From Candidatus Nealsonbacteria bacterium RBG_13_42_11 (GTDB lineage: Bacteria > Patescibacteriota > Minisyncoccia > Minisyncoccales > RBG-13-42-11): a stretch of 33,883 nucleotides of DNA. Numbering within the stretch: the stretch's first letter is position 1; each line of letters opens with the position of its first letter. The position numbers were made by a program, and so were the translations under genes. Shown here piece by piece: positions 8,128 to 15,630 of this stretch. The notes below the pieces were generated by a model. The model was given only the letters and a program-made list of their open reading frames with translations, did not search any database and was not told the origin of the DNA. The DNA lies in contig MHLY01000003.1 of assembly GCA_001821455.1 (NCBI GenBank), positions 10,994 to 44,876 of the forward strand, written 5' to 3'.

Positions 8128-8137
8128 CTAAAATAAT

Positions 8138-8404
8138 ATGTTAACACAAGAAGAAAAAAACAAATTAATCAAAGAGCACAAAGTGCATGATTTGGATACC
8201 GGTTCGCCGGAAGTTCAGGTCGCTCTGCTGACGGAAGAAATCAAGCGGCTGCTTTTACATTTGAAAAAGCATGCCAAAGATTTCCATTCGAAAAGAGGAC
8301 TTTTGAAAATAGTTTCAAAAAGAAGGACTCTTTTGAATTATCTGAAAAAGGAGGATGTAAAAAGGCACAATGCCATTTTAAAGAAAATCGGATTAAATAA
8401 GTAA
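8138..8404 (+). CDS. rpsO: 30S ribosomal protein S15
   Basis: 88 aa. [50 protein letters not shown] is classic S15. Confidence 0.95.
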   Translation: MLTQEEKNKLIKEHKVHDLDTGSPEVQVALLTEEIKRLLLHLKKHAKDFHSKRGLLKIVSKRRTLLNYLKKEDVKRHNAILKKIGLNK

Positions 8405-8412
8405 TTTATATT

Positions 8413-8925
8413 ATGCCAACCATAAAACATCAGGGACAGCGCGTCGCTGTTTTAATTGACGTCCAAAATCTGTACCACTCGGCGAAAAATCTCTACGGAG
8501 CCCGCGTCAATTTTCGGGAAGTTTTGAAACTCGCGGTTTCAGAAAGAAATCTCATCCGGGCTTTCGCTTACGTTGTCAGGACGAAAACCGGGGAGGAAAA
8601 ACCGTTTTTTGAAGCCATAACGAAATTGGGCATTGAAACCCGAGTTCGAGACCTTCAGGAATTTTTCGGCGGGCTGAAAAAAGCTGATTGGGATGTCGGC
8701 ATCACGGTTGACGCCATAAGAATTTCAACCAGCGTTGATATTATTGTTTTGGCCTCGGGCGACGGCGATTTCCTCCAATTGATTGACTATTTAAAAAATC
8801 AGGGTAAAAGAGTGGAAGTGATTGCTTTCGGAAAATCGGCTTCGTCAAAGCTAAAAGAGTCGGCTGACGAATTTATTGATTTAGAGGGAAATCCGGCAAA
8901 ATATCTATTAAAGAAAGAAGGTTAA
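8413..8925 (+). CDS. NYN domain (LabA/DUF88-like, PIN-fold) putative ribonuclease
   Basis: 170 aa. RVAVLIDVQNLYHSAK, DVGITVDAI and IVLASGDGDFLQLIDYLKNQGKRVEVIAF match the NYN/LabA acidic-residue pattern. Confidence 0.7.
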   Translation: MPTIKHQGQRVAVLIDVQNLYHSAKNLYGARVNFREVLKLAVSERNLIRAFAYVVRTKTGEEKPFFEAITKLGIETRVRDLQEFFGGLKKADWDVGITVDAIRISTSVDIIVLASGDGDFLQLIDYLKNQGKRVEVIAFGKSASSKLKESADEFIDLEGNPAKYLLKKEG

Positions 8926-8928
8926 TAT

Positions 8929-11034
8929 ATGAAAAGTGAAAAATTTAAATTGGAATTAGGCGGCCGGGAACTGAAAGTAGAAGTCAGGGACTTGGCCGAG
9001 CAAGCGGCCGGCAGTGTCTTTGTCCAGTACGGAGACACTTTAGTTTTAGCTACCGCCGTCATGTCGGAATTTGAAAAAGAAGGAATAGATTTTTTTCCTT
9101 TAACCGTGGAATACGAAGAAAGATATTATGCCGCCGGAAAAATTCTGGGCTCAAGGTATATGAGAAGGGAAGGCCGGCCCTCTGACGAGGCGATTTTAAC
9201 CGCCAGATTTATTGACAGAGCGATCAGGCCAAGATTCCCCAAGTCCCTAAAAAGGGAGGTTCAAATTGTTGTTACTTGCCTTTCCTGGGACGGAGAAAAC
9301 GACCCTGATGAAATAGGCTTGATTGCCGCCTCTCTGGCCCTTTCCATTTCCAATATCCCCTGGTCAGGCCCTCTGGCTGTTTTAAGAATAGGAAAAACAG
9401 ACAATAAATTAATTTTAAATCCGACCTATTCCGAAAGAGAAAAGAATGACCTGGATTTGGCCCTGGCTGGCTTGGAACAAAACAATAATCTCTTAATTAA
9501 TATGATTGAAGCCGAGGGAAATGAAGTTGAAGAAGACGTTGTTTTGGAGGCAGTGAAGTTTGCCAAGCCTAATTTGAAAAAATTAATTGATTTCCAAAAT
9601 GAGATTGCTAAAAAATTGGGAGAAGAAAAAGTTGAAATTGCGGAATCTAACAGCGACCTGGGGTTGGAAAAAGAAATTAAGGAGTTTTTAAAAGATAAAT
9701 TGGAAAAAGCCCTTTACCAGCCGCTGAAATCCGGCCGGATGCAGGGCTTAAATCAACTGAAGGACGAATTGCTTTATTCTGTTGAGCAGAACCATTCCGG
9801 AAAACAGGGAATTGCGAAAGAAATTTTTGAAAATGAAATTAATGAAATAATCCATGAAAATATATTAAAATCGGAAAAGAGACCCGATGACAGAAAACTG
9901 GACGAGTTAAGGCAAATAGAATGCGAAGTGGGATTATTGCCAAGAACCCATGGCTCCGGCCTTTTCGTCAGAGGCCAAACGAAATCTCTGTCTATTTTAA
10001 CTTTGGGAGCGCCCGGAGACGTCAAATTGCTGGAAGGCATGGAAGCTAGGGGGAAAAAACGTTTTATGCACCATTATAATTTCCCGCCCTATTCCACGGG
10101 CGAAGTGAAACCGTTAAGAGGACCGGGCCGAAGAGAAATCGGCCACGGCATGCTGGCCGAGAGAGCTCTTTTGCCCCTTATCCCCGGTTTTGATGATTTT
10201 CCTTATACTATCAGAATAGTCACTGAAATTCTTTCTTCTAACGGCTCAACTTCCATGGCTTCGGTTTCCAGTTCTTCTTTGGCTTTAATGGATGCGGGCG
10301 TGCCTTTAAAAAGATTGGCTACCGGCATTGCTTTGGGATTAATGCAGGACAATGAAGGGAATTACAAAATCTTAACCGATATCCAGGGTCCCGAAGACCA
10401 CCATGGAGACATGGATTTAAAAGTGGCCGGCACCAAAAAGGGGATAACGGCCATCCAAATGGATGTCAAAATTGACGGGATTACAGACGAGATTTTAAAG
10501 AAAACTTTGGAGCAGGGGAAAAGGGCCCGGCTTCAAATCTTGGAGAAAATGGAAAAAGTAATTGCTGAGCCGAGAAAACAGCTTTCTCCTTTTGCCCCCC
10601 GAATTATTATTTTACAAATCAATCCCGAGAAAATCAGGGAGGTAATCGGACCGGGCGGAAAAGTTATCAATGCCATCATCGCCGAGTGCGGGGTTTCAAT
10701 TGATATTGAAGATACCGGCAAAATTTTTGTCACGGCTGAAAAAGAAGAGGCGGCCGATAAGGCAACTTCCTGGATAAAAAATATTACCCGAGAAGTCATG
10801 GTGGGAGAAACTTTTCAGGGAAAAGTAACCCGAATTCTGAACTTCGGCGCTTTTGTAGAAATTCTGCCGGGCCAGGAAGGTTTGGTCCATATTTCCCAAC
10901 TGGCTCCCTATCGGGTGGCAAAAGTGGAAGACATTGTTAAGGTTGGCGACGTAATACCGGTAAAAGTGATTTCCATTGACGAACAGGGAAGAATAAATCT
11001 TTCTCTAAAAGAAGCTAAAGATGAAAAAAAATAA
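8929..11034 (+). CDS. pnp: Polyribonucleotide nucleotidyltransferase (PNPase)
   Basis: 701 aa with two RNase PH domains (RPDDRKLDELRQIECEVGLLPRTHGSGLF, GPEDHHGDMDLKVAGT), a KH domain (IREVIGPGGKVINAI) and a C-terminal S1 domain (GETFQGKVTRILNFGAFVEILPGQEGLVHISQL). Confidence 0.95.
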   Translation: MKSEKFKLELGGRELKVEVRDLAEQAAGSVFVQYGDTLVLATAVMSEFEKEGIDFFPLTVEYEERYYAAGKILGSRYMRREGRPSDEAILTARFIDRAIRPRFPKSLKREVQIVVTCLSWDGENDPDEIGLIAASLALSISNIPWSGPLAVLRIGKTDNKLILNPTYSEREKNDLDLALAGLEQNNNLLINMIEAEGNEVEEDVVLEAVKFAKPNLKKLIDFQNEIAKKLGEEKVEIAESNSDLGLEKEIKEFLKDKLEKALYQPLKSGRMQGLNQLKDELLYSVEQNHSGKQGIAKEIFENEINEIIHENILKSEKRPDDRKLDELRQIECEVGLLPRTHGSGLFVRGQTKSLSILTLGAPGDVKLLEGMEARGKKRFMHHYNFPPYSTGEVKPLRGPGRREIGHGMLAERALLPLIPGFDDFPYTIRIVTEILSSNGSTSMASVSSSSLALMDAGVPLKRLATGIALGLMQDNEGNYKILTDIQGPEDHHGDMDLKVAGTKKGITAIQMDVKIDGITDEILKKTLEQGKRARLQILEKMEKVIAEPRKQLSPFAPRIIILQINPEKIREVIGPGGKVINAIIAECGVSIDIEDTGKIFVTAEKEEAADKATSWIKNITREVMVGETFQGKVTRILNFGAFVEILPGQEGLVHISQLAPYRVAKVEDIVKVGDVIPVKVISIDEQGRINLSLKEAKDEKK

Positions 11035-12078
11035 ATGGACGAAGATTTTACCCAAAAAGAAGAGGAAGAAATAAATCCAATCGAAGAAAAGCCGGTTACC
11101 CCCGAAACCGAAGAAAAAGAAATTGCTGAAAAAAAGGAATTTTTGAAAAGAGAGGAAATTGTTACCTTAAGAAAGGATGCGGCGAAATTAAGAGAATTAG
11201 AGGCCCAGGAAGAAAGAGAAAAGATCGCCTCATTAAAGCCGGCTGAGGAAATAAGGGAAAGGCTGGGAAAAGAAGAACTGAAAAGCGAGAAAGAAATACC
11301 CGTAACCTTAATTCCCAAAATTCTTCCCAAAAAACCTTCTTCTTTCCAGAAAATTTTAGTCAGAGCAGGAATGGTATTAACCGTCCTTTTGATAATTGGA
11401 GGGTTTTTTTATTGGTTTTTTGTAATGAGAAAAGTTGAGGAACCCAAAGAAGAAATTGTTCCTCCTGATGAAGAAACGACAACCACTACTGCAACTACAA
11501 CTCCTGAAATTCCCGAAATTATTATTCCTCTTTCTTTAATTACTGCTGACGCCACGGAAACAATAGAAATTACGTCTTTGGCGGAAGCCACTACTTCTTT
11601 GGCTAATGTCTTGGCTAAAAACCTCGGAGAAAATACCCTTACCCGTATTTTAATCAAAAATACGGAACAAAATACGGTTTTAGGCCTGAAAGAATTTTTT
11701 GAGGCATTTGAAGTGGCTGCTCCCGAAGGTTTTCTGGATAAATTAAATAATGATTTCACTCTCTTTCTGTATTCCAATAAAAATCTAAATCGTTTGGGTT
11801 TTGTGGCTGAAATTAAAGAGTTAGAAGGCTTTGCCACCTCAACAAGGGACTGGGAAACAACCATGGAAAAAGATACGGAAAAACTTTTTGCCGTTTTGGG
11901 AAAAACTAATCCGGCAGCGTATCCCTATTTTAAAACCGCGAGTTATAAGGGCAAAACTTTCCGCTACGTTTCTTTTCCGCCAACTAACTTTGGCATCTGC
12001 TGGTCGACTATCAACAATTACTTTCTCCTGACTTCTTCGGGGGAAAGCATGATTAAACTAATTGAAAAAATGCCATGA
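11035..12078 (+). CDS. Hypothetical membrane-anchored protein (acidic Glu/Lys-rich N-terminus, one TM helix, Thr-rich linker, ~200-aa outer domain)
   Basis: 347-aa ORF that starts immediately after the pnp stop and overlaps the next gene by ATGA. The TM helix is GMVLTVLLIIGGFFYWFFV and the linker is ETTTTTATTTPE. I recognise no family with confidence. Confidence 0.5.
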   Translation: MDEDFTQKEEEEINPIEEKPVTPETEEKEIAEKKEFLKREEIVTLRKDAAKLRELEAQEEREKIASLKPAEEIRERLGKEELKSEKEIPVTLIPKILPKKPSSFQKILVRAGMVLTVLLIIGGFFYWFFVMRKVEEPKEEIVPPDEETTTTTATTTPEIPEIIIPLSLITADATETIEITSLAEATTSLANVLAKNLGENTLTRILIKNTEQNTVLGLKEFFEAFEVAAPEGFLDKLNNDFTLFLYSNKNLNRLGFVAEIKELEGFATSTRDWETTMEKDTEKLFAVLGKTNPAAYPYFKTASYKGKTFRYVSFPPTNFGICWSTINNYFLLTSSGESMIKLIEKMP

Positions 12079-12449
12079 ATAAAAAATTGATTGAGGAGTT
12101 AAGGGAAAAACTGGAAAAAGAAAAACAGATTACGGAAAGGGCTTTGGAAAAATTTGCCAAGAAAGATGATAAGGTAAAAGGCGACTGGGATACCATTTTC
12201 CCGAAATTTAACGGCGGGGAAACAGGATCAGCTGCTTTGGAAAAAGCGGCTGATGAAGTGGAGGAATACAGCACTCTTTTGCCGATAGAACACGGCTTGG
12301 AAACAAAACTGCAAAACATTAATTTGGCTTTGGAAAAAGTTCAAAAAGAAAAATACGGCGTTTGTGAAAAATGCGGCAAAGAAATAGAAATTGAAAAATT
12401 AAAAATTTCTCCCGAAACCAGATTGTGCCTGAAGTGCCAAGACAAGTAG
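12075..12449 (+). CDS. DksA/TraR family C4-type zinc-finger protein
   Basis: 124 aa with a coiled-coil N-terminus and a C-terminal CEKCGKEIEIEKLKISPETRLCLKCQ four-cysteine finger. Confidence 0.75.
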   Translation: MNKKLIEELREKLEKEKQITERALEKFAKKDDKVKGDWDTIFPKFNGGETGSAALEKAADEVEEYSTLLPIEHGLETKLQNINLALEKVQKEKYGVCEKCGKEIEIEKLKISPETRLCLKCQDK

Positions 12450-12482
12450 CTTAATATTTAAATAAATAATGTAAATAAAAAT

Positions 12483-12503
12483 AGCCGTCTAAAACGGCTT
12501 TTT
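12483..12503. terminator. Bidirectional rho-independent terminator between the convergent dksA-like and M23 peptidase genes
   Basis: AGCCGT-CTAAA-ACGGCT stem-loop with an A-run on the 5' side and TTTTT on the 3' side. Confidence 0.65.
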
Positions 12504-12525
12504 AAAGTTAGGCTGTCTAATATTT

Positions 12526-13674
12526 TTACCTGGCAAAGGGATTTCTGGCGCCCGAAACTCCGAAGTGTACGTGGCAGCCGGTGGATAATCCCGCTCCCGG
12601 GGTTCCCGGTTGTCCGCCCATTAAAGCAATTGCCTGGCCCTGGGAAACCTGGTCTCCGGGATTTACCAAGCTTACGGCAATATGGCCGTAACTGGTTACT
12701 ACGCCATTGGGATGCAAAATACTTAAGGAATTTCCCGCACCGCCAAATGCCCAACGAGAAGTAGAATTGGTTAATTGAACTTTAAGAACTTGCCCGGCGG
12801 CAGCGGCATAAATCGGTTCGCCGCACTGGCCGTGGCTGAAATCAATGGCGTTATACCAGTGAAGCCCCTGGGTGATTCTGCAGGGAGCGGCAATGGGACA
12901 GATAAAATAGCTTGAGGCTAAAGGAACCCAAAGGGGAGCGTACTGCGTCGTGGGAACCGATATGACTCCGTTGGGAACAATTATAATATCTCCTATATAG
13001 ATGTCTCCTTCGCCGGAAAGACTATTAAAGGCAATTATTTCCTCGCTCTTTCCTTTATATTTCTGGGCAACGGAAGAAACCGTATCGCCTGATTTAATAT
13101 GATGAATAACGCCTGAAACCGGCAGGATGATTAATTTCTGGCCGGTTTGAAGCAGAGAATTTTTGTTTAAATCGTTTGCCCAAAGGATAGTATTTAAAGA
13201 CACTTCAAACTTCTCTGCAATTGACCATAAATTATCACCTGGCTCAACCAGATACTCTGTAATTGCTTTTTTAACATCTTCAGCTTCGTAGCCCTCTACT
13301 AACGCGCCTAAAGCCTGGGGAGAGAAGGTTACTGGCGGAGTGGCGGATTTCAAGCTGCAATTTCCAACCGTCAGCAGTTCCGGAGACTCGGCTAGGAATT
13401 TATTGGCCTGACTAAGGGAAAAATCCTGTTTTTGAGGCGCTTTCAACGCTTTTGAGATGCTGGCTAACGAAAAATCGGCTTTCTCAGAGCCGGATTTTAA
13501 AATGGAATTGGGCAGCAAAAACACTAAAACTAGCAAAATTACTGAAACTAACCCAATAAAACAGCAGGGGTCTTTTAAGGACCCACTTTTTAAACGAAAA
13601 CGTCTTTTAAGGTAAGATAACATTACTTTTTCTAATTTACCTTTATCTGCTAATAAGTCAAGGGTTTTATTCAC
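12526..13674 (-). CDS. LysM-domain M23 family metallopeptidase (peptidoglycan hydrolase)
   Basis: 382 aa from GTG at 13674 (alternative ATG at 13623). It has an N-terminal TM, two LysM repeats (YLVEPGDNLWSIAEKFEVSLNTILWAN and HHIKSGDTVSSVAQKY) and an M23 core (NAIDFSH...IYAAAAGQV...LSILHPNGVVTSYGHI...GDQVSQGQAIALMG...TGCHVHFGV). Confidence 0.85.
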   Translation of the reverse strand: MNKTLDLLADKGKLEKVMLSYLKRRFRLKSGSLKDPCCFIGLVSVILLVLVFLLPNSILKSGSEKADFSLASISKALKAPQKQDFSLSQANKFLAESPELLTVGNCSLKSATPPVTFSPQALGALVEGYEAEDVKKAITEYLVEPGDNLWSIAEKFEVSLNTILWANDLNKNSLLQTGQKLIILPVSGVIHHIKSGDTVSSVAQKYKGKSEEIIAFNSLSGEGDIYIGDIIIVPNGVISVPTTQYAPLWVPLASSYFICPIAAPCRITQGLHWYNAIDFSHGQCGEPIYAAAAGQVLKVQLTNSTSRWAFGGAGNSLSILHPNGVVTSYGHIAVSLVNPGDQVSQGQAIALMGGQPGTPGAGLSTGCHVHFGVSGARNPFAR

Positions 13675-13713
13675 AGCCGGCTTATTTATTGGAAATCGTG
13701 TTAAAATGTTTTA

Positions 13714-14544
13714 ATGGACCTCACTTCTCTAAAAACCGTAAAAGACCTGCTCCAAAAGTACCAAATTCGACCCCTTAAAGGCCTGGGTCAGAATTTTTTG
13801 GTTGATGAGGAGGTGTTAGACAAGATTATTGGGTCAGCCGAACTCAAAGAGAATGATACGGTTTTGGAAATAGGTTCAGGAATCGGCACCTTAACCCTGG
13901 AATTAGCTAAAAAAGTTAAAAAGGTAATTGCGGTTGAAAAAGACCTTAAAATGTGCGGAATCCTGCAGGATTTGCTGGAAAGTCAGAATGTTAGAAACGT
14001 AGAAATTATAAAAGGGGACATCCTAAAGATTAATACTAAATACTATATACCAAATACTAAATACAAAATCGTTGCCAATCTCCCTTATTACATCACCTCG
14101 CCGGTTATCAGGAAATTTCTGGAAATAGAAACACCGCCCCTAACCATGATTTTAATGGTTCAGAAAGAAGTCGGACGGAGAGTCTGCGCCAAGCCCCCTG
14201 ATATGAGTATTTTGGCGGTTTCGGTCCAGTTTTATGCCCAACCTGAAATCCTTTCTTTTGTTTCAAAAAAATCCTTCTGGCCCGAACCCGAGATTGACTC
14301 CGCCATCATTAAAATTACCCCCACCAATTCACGGAGAAATGTTCTCCGCGGACTGTTTTTTAAAATTGTGAAGGTGGGGTTCTTGCAACCGAGAAAACAA
14401 TTAATCAATAATTTATCCAACGGACTAAAAATTAACCGGGAGCAGGTCAAAAACTGGCTTTTAACAAATGGGGTTAATCCTACCCAAAGAGCTGAAACTT
14501 TAACTGTAGAAGATTGGCTAAATTTGGTTAATACATTAAAATAG
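13714..14544 (+). CDS. rsmA: 16S rRNA (adenine1518/1519-N6)-dimethyltransferase
   Basis: 276 aa with KGLGQNFLVD, VLEIGSGIGTLT and IVANLPYYITSP motifs. Confidence 0.9.
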   Translation: MDLTSLKTVKDLLQKYQIRPLKGLGQNFLVDEEVLDKIIGSAELKENDTVLEIGSGIGTLTLELAKKVKKVIAVEKDLKMCGILQDLLESQNVRNVEIIKGDILKINTKYYIPNTKYKIVANLPYYITSPVIRKFLEIETPPLTMILMVQKEVGRRVCAKPPDMSILAVSVQFYAQPEILSFVSKKSFWPEPEIDSAIIKITPTNSRRNVLRGLFFKIVKVGFLQPRKQLINNLSNGLKINREQVKNWLLTNGVNPTQRAETLTVEDWLNLVNTLK

Positions 14545-14565
14545 ATTAATAGTTAAAATTGCAGA

Positions 14566-15597
14566 ATGTTTTCTTTAATTAATAAAAAACAAGGGGTAGT
14601 TTTATTCGCAATAGTGTTTATATTTGCTGGAATTTTTCTTTTTACAAATACGGTGAAAAGCCAAGACGAAAACGATGAAGAAGATACTAATAAATGCTTG
14701 GACTGGTCGTCATATTTTTCGAGCTCAGATTCCAGGTTGTCCAAAGAGGGTATCCAAAAATGTAAAGATAATTTTAGCGGAGTGGGACGCACTTATTCTT
14801 GGGAAATCGTAGAAGAAAGGGATTATTGCTACGACGTGGCAAACGGTGAAAGTTATTGCTGTCCGCTTTCGCCTTCTTGTTGTCCTGAGTGCATCATTCC
14901 TACGCCACCTGCACCCTCCCCGCCCCCCACACCAACCCCTCCACCAACAACATTAATAAAACCAACTATTATTTATCCTAAAGAAAATGCCCAGGTTTAT
15001 GCCGGTGAAATTGAACTTAAATGGAGCAATACCGGGGCAGCTTTTTATAAATATCACGTTGAAACCGGCGGTGAAATTAAAGAAGAAAAAACAATTGGTT
15101 ATTACGGTTCTAAAACAATTAATGATTTGGTGCCCGGGAATTATTCCTGGGCGGTTTGTTCCTGCAATGATACAACAGGTGAAAACTGTAATTGCAGCGA
15201 TTTAACAACGTTTCAGGTAGTTTTTGCACCAGCTGGCTTTTTCGGCGGTATAGTTCCCTGTGGCCGGAAATACGATGATCCAAACACGCCGCCACCTCAA
15301 AACGAAAGCGTGCCTTGTGAATATAAGCATGTTTTTTTACTCCTTAAAAATATACTTGATTTTATTTTATGGCAATTGGGATTAATTGTTTTGGTTTTAT
15401 TAATTTTAGCTGTTGGTGTAATTTATTATTTCTCAATGGGTGCCCCAAGCACGATGGTAGGAGTAAAATCAATTCTAAAATCAGCTGGGATCGGTTACGG
15501 AATCATGTTTTTGGCCTGGCTATTTATTAATCTGATTTTATCCCTTCTCGGCTACCAAATCAGCATTTTTGGCCGCTGGTGGCAAATACCTTTTTAA
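14566..15597 (+). CDS. Pilin-domain fusion protein: signal/TM, Cys-rich module, Pro-rich linker, Ig/Fn3-like module, C-terminal VirB2-like pilin domain
   Basis: 343 aa. The linker is PTPPAPSPPPTPTPPPT. The C-terminal domain GGIVPCGRKYDD...VPCEYKHVFLLLKNILDFILW plus two TM helices and the ending GRWWQIPF parallels the pilin at 7529..8011. Confidence 0.6.
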   Translation: MFSLINKKQGVVLFAIVFIFAGIFLFTNTVKSQDENDEEDTNKCLDWSSYFSSSDSRLSKEGIQKCKDNFSGVGRTYSWEIVEERDYCYDVANGESYCCPLSPSCCPECIIPTPPAPSPPPTPTPPPTTLIKPTIIYPKENAQVYAGEIELKWSNTGAAFYKYHVETGGEIKEEKTIGYYGSKTINDLVPGNYSWAVCSCNDTTGENCNCSDLTTFQVVFAPAGFFGGIVPCGRKYDDPNTPPPQNESVPCEYKHVFLLLKNILDFILWQLGLIVLVLLILAVGVIYYFSMGAPSTMVGVKSILKSAGIGYGIMFLAWLFINLILSLLGYQISIFGRWWQIPF

Positions 15598-15599
15598 AA

Positions 15600-15615
15600 T
15601 TTGTGGTATAATAAA
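15600..15615 (+). promoter_or_regulatory. Extended -10 promoter element TTTGTGGTATAATAAA upstream of the VirB6-like gene
   Basis: TGgTATAAT (hexamer 15607..15612) lies 18 nt upstream of the ATG at 15631. An identical 16-mer recurs at 22113..22128. Confidence 0.5.
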
Positions 15616-15630
15616 ACAACGTTCAATTAA

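Noticed and set aside
10908-11864. Antisense ORFs 10908..11330 and 11409..11864 (Ser-rich and Val-rich products)
   Set aside because: These are mirror-frame artefacts of the Glu/Lys/Thr-rich plus-strand genes. The products are low-complexity and lack starts with supporting signals.
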